In this document: in pieces, positions 36,727-46,908 of the stretch
How positions within the stretch are numbered: the first letter of the stretch is position 1
How the letters are laid out: each line of letters starts with the position of its first letter
Source: a virus
Virus record (IMG/VR): IMGVR_UViG_3300032087_004763
Coordinates: 32,001 to 96,000 of that record
Direction: 5' to 3' (one strand)
Length of the DNA stretch: 64,000 nt
Position numbers and translations under genes: made by a program
Notes under the pieces: generated by a model
Seen by the model: only the letters and a program-made list of their open reading frames with translations
What the model was told of the DNA's origin: nothing
Database searches by the model: none

Positions 36727-38358
36727 TTAACTCTTCAGTACAGTAGCGATACTAGACAACACTTCTAATTCTTTTTCTTTCAGACTGTGGTCTATAGTTT
36801 CCTCTATTTCTAACTGAGCTGGTTCATCTTCATCTTGGTATTCAATATAGTCATATGATTCTTCTTGTGGCTCCTCTTCTTGGCCACCTTCACCGTTAAT
36901 TTCTTTCTGCATATTATCGATATCTTCATCACTGAAATGCAGGATATTCTTCATGACCCACTCTTTTGAGAAATATTCACCGACGTAGTTTTGCACCTGA
37001 TCAAGTGATTGTAGCTTTTCTCTTAGTATCTCTGCATCTTTTAATTCAGAGAAATGATTATCCATTGCGTAGGTTACAACAAGATCAGACTTCCAGTTAT
37101 TCCAATCTTCTTCTGTAATAATACCTTTGAGAATCAATTGCTTCTTTAGGATACCCATGAATAGGTGTGAGAATCTTCTACGCAGTCGATCAATAAATTT
37201 CTGAAACTTTAACTCATCTCGAGTAATCTCTGATGATCTACCAAGAGAGAACTGTGCTTCTTGCTCAAGCCTGTTGATCGGCACATTGAGTGCTCTGTAC
37301 ATTTTCTTCTGGAAGTACACGATGTCTTCGATCTCACCTAAGTTCTGACCACCTGGCAGAGATGATACCTCTGTTCCACGACCACCTTCTCTACGCGGTA
37401 ACCAGAAATCTTCTAGGAGAGCTTGGTGTTTACGGTCATCACGGATCTCACCAGTTTTTGCATCATAGACAAGTTTGTTACGATATCTTGTCATGATATC
37501 TTTCATGTACTGCTCAGCTTTACCGGTAGGCAAGTTACCTACGTCGATATAGAACATTCTTCTCTCGGGTGCACGCGCAAGACGATAGATAACTAACGCA
37601 TCTTCCATCATCCGAAGTTGATTGATTGGCTTCAGTGCTTTGTGTAGATACGAGACGATCTTTTTACGATCTTCGTTCAACAAGCCAGATGTGACATATG
37701 ATACTGCGTCTTCTGTGAGTTTAACGCCAGATGTCTTCATTGCACCTGGTTTTTCCTGATAGATGTAGTACTCGTCTACTTTTTCAATCAGCTTTGCACC
37801 AGTCGCTTGGTCTGTTTTTGTTTTAATCTGTTTTACTTTACGCATTCTTGATGCATCAATAGGTCGAATCTCTTGAATACCAGCTTTGAGATTTGACTCA
37901 TTAACAACCAAGTGATGGAACAATCTTCCATCAACATACCATCTACGGAATATGTCATGACCGTAGTCACTAAAATCTAACATTGCGTAGATGTTATCAA
38001 ATTCTTCTTTGATCTGTTTCTTAATAGAATCAGAGATATCAATACCATCAGTGTTGATATCAGCAATCATTGCATTATCGCTAATAGTAATGGACTCATT
38101 GACAATCTCTTCAATCGCCATATCGACTTCTGGATGCATCGCGACCCCACGATACTGCATCATTAACTGATAATTATCCTTTGAGTCATCACCGTCGATA
38201 TTCAGATATTGCCCATAGTGTAGACCTGAAGCAGATACATATCCCGCGCCATCATCATCACGAGCTGGAACAATAGAAGGTTTTTTAGTCGGATCCTCCG
38301 ACGCCGCCTTCTTTATTTCGAAACCGAATAAACGAAATCCTCTATCTGCTTCTGCCAT
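36727..38358 (-). CDS. gp20: Portal protein
   Basis: FRRWYVDGR, NQLRMMED, RAPERR, EDFWLPRREGGRGTE. Confidence 0.98.
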   Translation of the reverse strand: MAEADRGFRLFGFEIKKAASEDPTKKPSIVPARDDDGAGYVSASGLHYGQYLNIDGDDSKDNYQLMMQYRGVAMHPEVDMAIEEIVNESITISDNAMIADINTDGIDISDSIKKQIKEEFDNIYAMLDFSDYGHDIFRRWYVDGRLFHHLVVNESNLKAGIQEIRPIDASRMRKVKQIKTKTDQATGAKLIEKVDEYYIYQEKPGAMKTSGVKLTEDAVSYVTSGLLNEDRKKIVSYLHKALKPINQLRMMEDALVIYRLARAPERRMFYIDVGNLPTGKAEQYMKDIMTRYRNKLVYDAKTGEIRDDRKHQALLEDFWLPRREGGRGTEVSSLPGGQNLGEIEDIVYFQKKMYRALNVPINRLEQEAQFSLGRSSEITRDELKFQKFIDRLRRRFSHLFMGILKKQLILKGIITEEDWNNWKSDLVVTYAMDNHFSELKDAEILREKLQSLDQVQNYVGEYFSKEWVMKNILHFSDEDIDNMQKEINGEGGQEEEPQEESYDYIEYQDEDEPAQLEIEETIDHSLKEKELEVLSSIATVLKS

Positions 38359-38376
38359 ATTCTTTCCTTATGAGAG

Positions 38377-38399
38377 AGGGACCAGTTGTCCTGGTCCCT
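38377..38399 (-). promoter_or_regulatory. Stem-loop between gp19 and gp20
   Basis: AGGGACCAG-GACAA-CTGGTCCCT; no U tract. Confidence 0.5.
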
Positions 38400-38415
38400 T
38401 CCCTTTTATATATTA

Positions 38416-38943
38416 CTAAGTTGTGGTGTTAGTTTCGAAGTACTGGAACTCGAAGGTACATGTGAACCTTTCGATTTCATCAGTCGCTGTGTAACTTACA
38501 TCAATCGGTGAGAGGTCAGTTGGAAACGCGCCACGAATGTCGTATTTCTTTACTGTCTCTCCACTACGATCAAGCTGCTCTACAAACAGATCAGCCTCGT
38601 ACAAGACCGGTGATGCAAGACCTGCGTTAGTTGAATGAGCATTAATACCATTCATCCAACGCTCAAGACCATCACGTACCGCAAAGTCAGTATCATTAAT
38701 GATCGTGACTGTCCACGGTGCAAATGTCCTGTCTCCAGCCATCTTTAACTGTCGACCACGGAAAGGAACAATAATTGTTCCAAACGTTGATCCGGGTAGC
38801 TGAGCTGTTTCGCACAAGAAACTTGTGACTTCTACATCTCCTCCCGCATACCCTGGGTAGTTGATCGTCGCCTTGAATAAATTAGGACGAGCGCCACCAC
38901 CTCTTAGTTTTGCTTTAAAGTCATCGACTCCTAAAACTGCCAT
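38416..38943 (-). CDS. gp19: Tail tube protein
   Basis: GGARPNLF, FRGRQLKMAGDRTF, WTVTIIND. Confidence 0.96.
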   Translation of the reverse strand: MAVLGVDDFKAKLRGGGARPNLFKATINYPGYAGGDVEVTSFLCETAQLPGSTFGTIIVPFRGRQLKMAGDRTFAPWTVTIINDTDFAVRDGLERWMNGINAHSTNAGLASPVLYEADLFVEQLDRSGETVKKYDIRGAFPTDLSPIDVSYTATDEIERFTCTFEFQYFETNTTT

Positions 38944-38954
38944 TTTCTATCTCC

Positions 38955-40844
38955 TTACACTGTGCCTACGACTTCTTCGAAGTCCACACCAGTTCTCACA
39001 GCTACGAATGACAGAGTCACGTAGTTGATTGAACGTGCTGGCTTAATGAAGATGTCAGCTTTGAACTCATTACGATCGATGACAGCTGCAGTATTGTTTG
39101 TTTCGTCACACACGACTCTAAAGTCTGTGATACCCCGTCTTCCCTGTACTTCACGAAGTACTGGTTCGACAATGTTGACAAACTCAGCTCTGGTGAATTC
39201 ATCGTTGAACTCAAACAGAATCTGTTCTGCTGCTCTACCAATCGCTCTTTCTAAAATCAAGAATAAACGTCTTACGTTAATTCTATCAAACGCAGATACT
39301 CTTCCTAGGAATGTCTTATCTCCAAAGAGAAGAGCACCTTGTCCAGGAATGTTAGCAATTGGGTTAATACCCGCTTTATAAAGAGTATCTCTTTGAGCTT
39401 TTGTTGGGCTATAGTTAAGAGATGTAATGCCTAGAAGTTGACCACGTCTTGATCCAGCTGGTGAGAACCATGCTGCACGATTAATGTCCGTGGATGCCAT
39501 GATGCCTGCAACAGTTGAAGCCGCAGCAACATCGACATAACGATCATTGAACTTATCATAGACCTTAATGTAGTTATTATCTACAATCAGATATGATGAT
39601 CTGGTAAATGTCTCTGCCGTAGCAACAGTATTTGTTACCTTTGTAGCATCTGAAGTTTCATTGAGTAGGTCATCTCTACAAGGAGATGTGACAACTACAC
39701 AGTCCTTTCTAGCAGTCGCTGTTGCAACAAGGTCGTTGACGATTGTTGTTAAATTAGTTCTGCTAAACTGAGATGGCGCAACTAAGAAGTCAATCTCAAC
39801 TTGATCTTTATCTTCAAACAGATCGTGAGCAGTTGCAAACTCTGATGTACCAGCAGGACCGCCGTCAAGACCATCGGTCAATGATATTTCGTTCTTAAAT
39901 TGACCTGCAGTAGATCTACTACTATCAAGCCCGTAAGCCTTATTATCAACTGCAGCAGCTCCCGCGCCGATTGCAGTTTGATCTGAGTCAAAATTAAGAA
40001 GATAAATGTATTGTGATCTTTCGTTAATCACATCTTTTGCATAGATACTGACTCCTTCGTCGTTCTTTGCGTCAGACAGAATTGAAAGACCATCAAATCT
40101 TTCTAGAACGGTTCCCTTTGTTCCTGTTAGTAAACCATCCTCATCGACGACAATGTAATGAACTTCGTCGCCATTAGCTCCTTTATCAGCAGCAAACTTA
40201 GTAGTACCTGGTTTAGCATCAAATTCTGCTTTATACGTCCAAAGATTGTAATCAGAATCCGTACTAGTAGCCATAGCGTCAGTACTAGACAACAGTCCGG
40301 CATACGAAACCTTGATGCTGTTTCCTACGTTTCCAGGAACTCGAGCAACAAAAGAGTACTTGCCTGTTACGCTTGAAGAATCTACAGTTGCAAAGTCTTG
40401 ACCGTCCACAGCTGCAGCAAGTGTAGATTGCCTTGCATCAAAGTTAGCTTTGTTTAGAATCTTTGGATTAGCTAGGTTTAAGAAACCTTGATTGTTCGAA
40501 TCAAAGTTTTGTGCGCTATATCCACGCGATGTTAAAGCATGCGCACTAGCAATACCATTGTTCTCGGTTCGAACAACTACTAAGCTATTTGAATATCTTA
40601 AAAATTGTGTAGCCGAAAGAAAATCTCTCGACATCCACGATTGTGTTAAATCGCTATCTACAGGTGCACCAAATGTTTCGACTAGTTCGGTTTCATTCGC
40701 GATGTTTACGCGCTCACCGACCGGTCCCCATTTAAACTGACCCGCAATAGCTCCCGTTGATGACTGGACGTTTGGAACGCCACCAGTCAGATCGATCTCC
40801 CTTACGACAACCGCAGGAGATTCGGAAGGTGAAAAGAGTGCCAT
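38955..40844 (-). CDS. gp18: Tail sheath protein
   Basis: SPAVVVREID, WFSPAG, FDRINVRRLF, IKPARSIN. Confidence 0.97.
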   Translation of the reverse strand: MALFSPSESPAVVVREIDLTGGVPNVQSSTGAIAGQFKWGPVGERVNIANETELVETFGAPVDSDLTQSWMSRDFLSATQFLRYSNSLVVVRTENNGIASAHALTSRGYSAQNFDSNNQGFLNLANPKILNKANFDARQSTLAAAVDGQDFATVDSSSVTGKYSFVARVPGNVGNSIKVSYAGLLSSTDAMATSTDSDYNLWTYKAEFDAKPGTTKFAADKGANGDEVHYIVVDEDGLLTGTKGTVLERFDGLSILSDAKNDEGVSIYAKDVINERSQYIYLLNFDSDQTAIGAGAAAVDNKAYGLDSSRSTAGQFKNEISLTDGLDGGPAGTSEFATAHDLFEDKDQVEIDFLVAPSQFSRTNLTTIVNDLVATATARKDCVVVTSPCRDDLLNETSDATKVTNTVATAETFTRSSYLIVDNNYIKVYDKFNDRYVDVAAASTVAGIMASTDINRAAWFSPAGSRRGQLLGITSLNYSPTKAQRDTLYKAGINPIANIPGQGALLFGDKTFLGRVSAFDRINVRRLFLILERAIGRAAEQILFEFNDEFTRAEFVNIVEPVLREVQGRRGITDFRVVCDETNNTAAVIDRNEFKADIFIKPARSINYVTLSFVAVRTGVDFEEVVGTV

Positions 40845-40906
40845 TTTTGTTTCCTCTATTAATGATATGAATTCATAATACGGTTGTTAGTTTTTCAATT
40901 CACTAT

Positions 40907-40922
40907 TATTTATATATTTATA
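40907..40922 (-). promoter_or_regulatory. Tandem late promoters for gp18
   Basis: Two adjacent TATAAATA (40907-40914 and 40915-40922). Confidence 0.7.
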
Positions 40923-42528
40923 GATTTGGGTCGTATTCCACAGCCCACGGACCATCTTCATTTTCTATTTTTCGAATGGCATCAGATCCGTCATCTATAA
41001 ATCCAAAAGGAACCATATCATCTTGTATCTCTTTCATTTTCTTTTCAAACAGCATTTGTTTAAGATCAATATCAGTCATATCACCGAAATATTGCGTAGA
41101 AGCAAAATAGCCAAACATAACTAGGTTCATCATCAGGTCATCATGATTACCTACACTTGCCTGATAGCTAGTGCCTTTTGCTTCGAACGTAGATATCTCG
41201 AGTATTGTGTGCTCGTCCACAACCTTGAGTTTATTATTTTCTAGGATATCTTTAATAGCTGAGCAGCCGAGCCTCTTGACTTTTCGGTTCATTTCAATAC
41301 CGAGACCAGATGCTTTGACTGATGAAGACGCGTGTAGATTTTCATATTCTAGATCGTGGTATAAGCCATTACACACGACGGATCCCTGATCGTTTGACTC
41401 AACGACGATGTAAGCATCATTGTAGACTTTCGCGTACTTATATATAATGTTAGGGAAGAGTATAGGCGAGATAGTGTTATTGCGATACACGGCGACCTGC
41501 TCAAAAGGCCGGACTGAAATATCGATCAAGTTAAAAGTAGAATAGTCTTGACCTCTTCCTTTTGATACATCTACTGTCATAACATATTCGTGTTGTTTAG
41601 TCGTCTCTTTATAGACGAGAAGGTCTCCCGCTTCAAGGGTTCGAATAGGGTTATGCGCTCGGAGGCTCATCAGTGTTTCGGCATTGATGAGTGTATCACC
41701 TGTACCGAAGAAGGTATTACCAAATTCTTGGTCGAATTGTAACTGAGAAGTGTTTGCTATTGTCTGCGCTTTCCATACCTCATCTCGACCTGGAACATCC
41801 CACCAGTCCACACGGAACGGGTTAAATTCGTTGACTCCTTGGACTGCGCCTTCCCATATCTTATGAAAAACATTACCGATACCATTAGCGGTTGACGTCA
41901 CAATGATCTTTGTTTCTTTACCTGACGATACAACCGGATAGGTTGATGTATAAAACTCTGCTGCACGTTCGACGAATGCAAACTCATCGAGATACAAGAG
42001 GTTGACTGACATACCACGAATAGAAGAACCAGATGTCGCTGCAGCAACAATCCGTGAGTTATTACTAAACTCAATCGATCCTTTGTTGAGTGCCTTACAC
42101 CCAGGCTGTAGAAAGAACGGTATATTCTCGAGCATCAACGTGATACGGCCAAGCATCTCACGTGCTGTCGCACCCTTGTTTGCCATGACCGCAACTGTTT
42201 TCTCTGAGTGAAATAGCGCATACCACAGAAGATAAGCACAGGCAGATATTGATTTACCGGACTGACGGCATGCAAGAACAATATTGAATCGATTGTTCTG
42301 GAAGTGGTTGAACATGTCCCTTTGATAAGGATATAGATTGAATGTCACTAAACCTTGATCGAGAGCGATTACTTTAACATACTTTTCACAAAAGTACACA
42401 GGGTCGTTCATACATTTCGCGTACTCCTGTATAAGCTCAGGCTCCCACTTTTGCTGAACTCCATCACGTTTTACGTTTGGGTTGCCGAGATAACTACTCG
42501 TCTGTTGGGGTAACATCGATCTCTTCAC
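40918..42528 (-). CDS. gp17: Terminase large subunit
   Basis: YLGNPNVK, RQSGKS, LDEFAF, STANG, HDDLMM. Confidence 0.97.
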   Translation of the reverse strand: MKRSMLPQQTSSYLGNPNVKRDGVQQKWEPELIQEYAKCMNDPVYFCEKYVKVIALDQGLVTFNLYPYQRDMFNHFQNNRFNIVLACRQSGKSISACAYLLWYALFHSEKTVAVMANKGATAREMLGRITLMLENIPFFLQPGCKALNKGSIEFSNNSRIVAAATSGSSIRGMSVNLLYLDEFAFVERAAEFYTSTYPVVSSGKETKIIVTSTANGIGNVFHKIWEGAVQGVNEFNPFRVDWWDVPGRDEVWKAQTIANTSQLQFDQEFGNTFFGTGDTLINAETLMSLRAHNPIRTLEAGDLLVYKETTKQHEYVMTVDVSKGRGQDYSTFNLIDISVRPFEQVAVYRNNTISPILFPNIIYKYAKVYNDAYIVVESNDQGSVVCNGLYHDLEYENLHASSSVKASGLGIEMNRKVKRLGCSAIKDILENNKLKVVDEHTILEISTFEAKGTSYQASVGNHDDLMMNLVMFGYFASTQYFGDMTDIDLKQMLFEKKMKEIQDDMVPFGFIDDGSDAIRKIENEDGPWAVEYDPNL

Positions 42529-42844
42529 TTTCTTTCTGTAGTAGTCTCTGTAAGTCAGCAGTCGACCCTACAAATATATTTTGCTGATGTTCTATCTGTT
42601 TACTGTCTTTTGTTGGTTGGGTGATATCTTTATGCTTTTTATTAAGGTCCATCAGCTTATCGTTGATGTCTGAGATATTCTTCAACATGCCGGCAAGGAC
42701 TTCATACGCCCGCGGGTGCTCGGACTCACGTGCCACGTGGATCATGTCTTCGAGGCCCTCGCGACCTTTCTCAATCAGATCGTAGTATGTCTCACGCGAA
42801 TAATCATAATCGCTTTTTACATTATCATCTTTATCACTCATCAT
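42494..42844 (-). CDS. gp16: Terminase small subunit
   Basis: HPRAYEV, FVGSTADL. Confidence 0.93.
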   Translation of the reverse strand: MMSDKDDNVKSDYDYSRETYYDLIEKGREGLEDMIHVARESEHPRAYEVLAGMLKNISDINDKLMDLNKKHKDITQPTKDSKQIEHQQNIFVGSTADLQRLLQKESEEIDVTPTDE

Positions 42845-43626
42845 GCACTATCTATAATTGTCGTTATGAATCCAAAGTCAGAATCAGCCATTCCATGAAT
42901 ACCAGCTGAATCTTTTACATTTACTCGTATTGTTTCTAATCCTCTTGACGAATCGTTTAATCCGACACCAAGCTGATGCATGACAGCATCAACCTGTCTG
43001 ATAATACTACTATTAGATATTGGTCCATGGAAACTTACTTTCATTTCAAAATCAAGTGTGTATACTATCGTTCTTCTTGATTCAATAGCCCCTTCGAAAT
43101 CGTCTTGAAAAGATAGACCTTGAATAATGATTGGAATATCTTCCTTAAACTCAGGATATTCCTGTGTAAAAGGTTTAATTGTCAGTGTATACTGCGGATT
43201 AAAGAACGGCAATATTTGTTCTACTACCTGTAATGCATCATCCTGGCTTTTCGCATAAATGTTTAACTGAAAATTAATCGTCCACGGAACTGGTGGAAAA
43301 AACTTCTGCCTAGACCCAGTGCTAGAACCTAAAGTGTTGAACGTATTTACTTTTGTTAACTGTCTCGCAAGGTCATAAGTAAAGTTTGTAATCTCAAACG
43401 ACATACGAGGAAGCTTAATAGCAACTTGTGTATCAGCGCTTAGGTCTGGGTTCTCTCTTATTCTCTCTAGATATTTGTGTTTCGGTGCGTATGACAGTGG
43501 AACCTTTACTTGACTAATAACAGACCCAGCAGAATTTTTACGTAGCACGTAGAGGTTATTAAACATGCGACCGAAGATAGAAACACACTTCCGGATTTTT
43601 TCATGATAGTAGTAAGTCCCAAACAT
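42841..43626 (-). CDS. gp15: Tail sheath stabiliser/terminator
   Basis: KVPLSYAPK, LPRMSFE, EQILPFFNP. Confidence 0.95.
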   Translation of the reverse strand: MFGTYYYHEKIRKCVSIFGRMFNNLYVLRKNSAGSVISQVKVPLSYAPKHKYLERIRENPDLSADTQVAIKLPRMSFEITNFTYDLARQLTKVNTFNTLGSSTGSRQKFFPPVPWTINFQLNIYAKSQDDALQVVEQILPFFNPQYTLTIKPFTQEYPEFKEDIPIIIQGLSFQDDFEGAIESRRTIVYTLDFEMKVSFHGPISNSSIIRQVDAVMHQLGVGLNDSSRGLETIRVNVKDSAGIHGMADSDFGFITTIIDSA

Positions 43627-44510
43627 TAATTATTCTCCGGATCACCAAATGGGTTAGTTTCAGTAAAGTCTAAGAAATCAGTCGACTGAGTACTAAAGTC
43701 TAAGCTTTGTTCATTAGATGCTATCTTGTTATCTTCGGCTACAGCTGATATCGTAAAATCTGAATCCTGGATTCTTAGTGTTCCACCAGAAACGAAGTTG
43801 TGGAACTTGCCGTCATCAGCACCGGCATGAATCAGGTGTACCTTATTATCTGAGTCAGACCATTTCGAGATCTCACCCTGCATCACAACACCGCTACCGA
43901 ATGTTTGAGTCGCAATCAAGCCGATACGATCGTTAATAGACAGTGGGCTATTGTGATCAACAGTCAGTACATAAGTGTATGAGTAGTCTGTTTCAATCTT
44001 ATCTATCTCTGCGATTCCAGTGTCTAGATCTTCATCATTGTACTCGAACAAGGTAGCTCTGAGTTTAAAGACAGGTAAGTTTGACAACTGATAGAATGGT
44101 TGCTCGTGCTCCACATGGCGGATCTCAAACAACTTATTTGTCATAGGTAAGTAGATAAGATCACCCTCAAATGGCCTAACCGCTGTTACGCCGCTATCCA
44201 TCCTTGCAACTTGTTGAGTCCATCTTCTTCTCGATACAACAAATGTCGCTTCATCGCGGATCTCGACACCAAACCGAGTAAAGAGATCACCTTCTCCATC
44301 AAAGCCATCGACATTCTCAATATACATCTCAATCTTATGTGATGAGTTAAATCTTGATGGGACATCCTCACCAAAAATTCTGTCTTCTCCGACCAGATCA
44401 CGTGGAAGATAATATACATCTTGGCCGTATACTTTCAACGACTCGATGACAATATCTTCGTATAAGTTCTGTTCTGATCTGACCTTGTCAGAGAAGTATA
44501 AATTTTTCAT
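43626..44510 (-). CDS. gp14: Neck protein
   Basis: YGQDVYYLPR, EGDLIYLP, FYQL, ETNPFG. Confidence 0.95.
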   Translation of the reverse strand: MKNLYFSDKVRSEQNLYEDIVIESLKVYGQDVYYLPRDLVGEDRIFGEDVPSRFNSSHKIEMYIENVDGFDGEGDLFTRFGVEIRDEATFVVSRRRWTQQVARMDSGVTAVRPFEGDLIYLPMTNKLFEIRHVEHEQPFYQLSNLPVFKLRATLFEYNDEDLDTGIAEIDKIETDYSYTYVLTVDHNSPLSINDRIGLIATQTFGSGVVMQGEISKWSDSDNKVHLIHAGADDGKFHNFVSGGTLRIQDSDFTISAVAEDNKIASNEQSLDFSTQSTDFLDFTETNPFGDPENN

Positions 44511-44511
44511 A

Positions 44512-45267
44512 TTAACCTACAAAGAATCCTGGTGGCATCTCGTGTTCGAGACGAATGGCTTCACGATGCTGTTGAATCTCGTTTGTAGCATCATCGTAGA
44601 TCTGTCTTCCATTTAGCGTGACTCCACCTGGAAGCTGCATACCTTCAAACTTAATTAGGTTCTGACCCCACTGCTGTTTGATGAGAGACGTAGTATACTC
44701 TTTAAGCCATAGATCATTATAGATCGATGTACTTGTATCCGGATCAATGATCTGATAAACCTCTGCAATAATGTAATCACCAGCCTTGATATCATCATCA
44801 GCAAAGTCTCCAAAGATATACAGACGATTCTGCTTACGAGAAAACTGAACTTGTGGATGGCCATTGAGTTTCATGTCGAGTAATGAGAGATACTGTTGCA
44901 TCTGCTCATAGTAAGCAAGGTCACCGGCAAAATGAATTAGTGACGCCATATCGTTTAGCATCATCTGATACTTGATGTCAAAAAAGTTTCGACCAGAGTT
45001 AAAATTAGATGCTAGTGGAAAAAGCTTTGAGACATATGTAATATTTGAATTAAGAGAGATGTACTCGTTCGTAACATCAGATTCTGTCACTAGGTGTTTC
45101 AGGTATGTACGTAGCGTAGCTTCACCATGATATTCCTGATAGTATTGTAAAGCTTCGTCAACGCGATCTTCGAGTTGGTCTTCGTCGACGTTGATTTCTA
45201 TAACAGGATCACCCAACCGGCGCTTGCAATAGTCTATCAATGTCGATCTTGAGTTCGGGTTTGCCAT
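44512..45267 (-). CDS. gp13: Neck protein
   Basis: RRLGDPVIEINV, QWGQNLIKF, LPGGVTLNG; late promoter at 45295-45302. Confidence 0.95.
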   Translation of the reverse strand: MANPNSRSTLIDYCKRRLGDPVIEINVDEDQLEDRVDEALQYYQEYHGEATLRTYLKHLVTESDVTNEYISLNSNITYVSKLFPLASNFNSGRNFFDIKYQMMLNDMASLIHFAGDLAYYEQMQQYLSLLDMKLNGHPQVQFSRKQNRLYIFGDFADDDIKAGDYIIAEVYQIIDPDTSTSIYNDLWLKEYTTSLIKQQWGQNLIKFEGMQLPGGVTLNGRQIYDDATNEIQQHREAIRLEHEMPPGFFVG

Positions 45268-45312
45268 AGAATTATCCTTTAATGGTTCTATGGTTATTTA
45301 TATGTTTTGAAT

Positions 45313-46365
45313 CTAGAGGTAGCGAATATTCTGTATTCCAGGATAATTTACTAAACCTAAGACATCTGGCGTATACCCTTCAGGAAAATCAACCTCAATC
45401 CTTGGCATAACTGTATCTAAATGTAATTTACCTGCTGCTTCATATACATCATACTCTTCAGCAAGTTTCTTCATCCATAGATACCACCCATAGTCACCAA
45501 CTTCGTCACCCCGATCATTCTCTATATTTTTATTTTCTTCTACAACCCCCGGCACACGCGTATCATAAACATAGGTAGGATATCTATCGTAAAGGTGTCT
45601 CAGTTTTAAGTTACCTCTGACATGTGCATCTTTATACACAAGATAGAGTAATGTATCTTCTCCGACTACAAAGTCTGGATCATAACTATATCCGCTGACT
45701 GCGTTCTTCGAGAACATGACAAGTCTATGGTGTGTTTCCCATTTACTTAAATATTTGTAGCAGTGCGTTGCCCAATGTTTATGAGTATCAGATAGGTCAT
45801 TGCTCCAATCATTTCTCTTGGCTATGAGAGTTCCGTTAATTGCTCTCTGCCACCAGTCATAGGTATGTAAAAAACATCGTACTCCGTGACCATGAATTTT
45901 TTCTGGATTAGCCCTATCATTACAACCTAAAAATGGATCTGATACGCCTGGTACAATGGGATTGGTAATAGCCAGTAGTTCATCATAACCATTTTCTCTC
46001 CAGATACCAAATTGATATTCAAGTGCTAGTACATCAATTTCATCACTGTGCTGAGCAATTTGTTTATATGCCCAAACACCATGAGGTGTTATGAAGTCAT
46101 CTCCATCAATTAAAACCGCATAGTCATAACTAGAGGCACGGAATAAATCATAGACTGAATTTTTTCCTTGGCTCGCAGTTCCATTACTCTCAGTGACTAC
46201 ATATTCAATACTATTAGCAGTACAATGGGCAATAGCTGATTCTTTAAAATCCTCATCTTGTGTGTTAATGACAATTGTCATCTCATCAACAGGAATTGTT
46301 CTTTGATGCCTCTTAAGAGAATGCATATTTCTGCAGCAGAGAACGTAGAATCTAACAGTTTTCAT
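45313..46365 (-). CDS. GT-A fold (GT2-like) glycosyltransferase
   Basis: GKNS, AVLIDGDD (DxD), VGED. Confidence 0.7.
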   Translation of the reverse strand: MKTVRFYVLCCRNMHSLKRHQRTIPVDEMTIVINTQDEDFKESAIAHCTANSIEYVVTESNGTASQGKNSVYDLFRASSYDYAVLIDGDDFITPHGVWAYKQIAQHSDEIDVLALEYQFGIWRENGYDELLAITNPIVPGVSDPFLGCNDRANPEKIHGHGVRCFLHTYDWWQRAINGTLIAKRNDWSNDLSDTHKHWATHCYKYLSKWETHHRLVMFSKNAVSGYSYDPDFVVGEDTLLYLVYKDAHVRGNLKLRHLYDRYPTYVYDTRVPGVVEENKNIENDRGDEVGDYGWYLWMKKLAEEYDVYEAAGKLHLDTVMPRIEVDFPEGYTPDVLGLVNYPGIQNIRYL

Positions 46366-46369
46366 ACTA

Positions 46370-46897
46370 TTACTCTATCGGTTTTGTAGGCCATGTGACA
46401 TCCGTCGGAAATCCTGATTGGCCTGGTATATCTCTTAAAGCTTGTCGATACGTAATCATTGCAGTTGAAGGGTTTCTATCAGATACCATTTCGAAATCAG
46501 TTTGCATTAAAAGGACATCGCGCTTATTTCTTATCATATTAGCTAATTCATCATTTGACAAATCTTGAACAGTCCAACCAACTGTAATTGTAGTCTCTGT
46601 TTCTGTATTTGTCTTCACTAATTTTTGAGTTGACGTGTCATATGTAGGCTCAGTTTCGTACACAACTTCTTTTAGGCTACCAGTATCAGTAGTTAACTCA
46701 AAATTACTACTGCTACTTAATTTATCCCAGTGGGAGATAGCTTCTTCTACACCTTCTTTTGCAACCTCATGTATTATTGTATCGTTAAAATCGTCAACTG
46801 CTCGTCTCACATAATAGTCTGGGTTATTCTCTTTAGAATACCGTATCATGATCTGTGAACTAACTTGATCTAATTTTGTAATTTTATATGAAATCAT
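46370..46897 (-). CDS. Tail fibre assembly chaperone-like protein
   Basis: RNKRDVLLMQTD, YRQALRDIP, FPTDVTWP. Confidence 0.8.
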   Translation of the reverse strand: MISYKITKLDQVSSQIMIRYSKENNPDYYVRRAVDDFNDTIIHEVAKEGVEEAISHWDKLSSSSNFELTTDTGSLKEVVYETEPTYDTSTQKLVKTNTETETTITVGWTVQDLSNDELANMIRNKRDVLLMQTDFEMVSDRNPSTAMITYRQALRDIPGQSGFPTDVTWPTKPIE

Positions 46898-46908
46898 TAT
46901 AAATCCTA

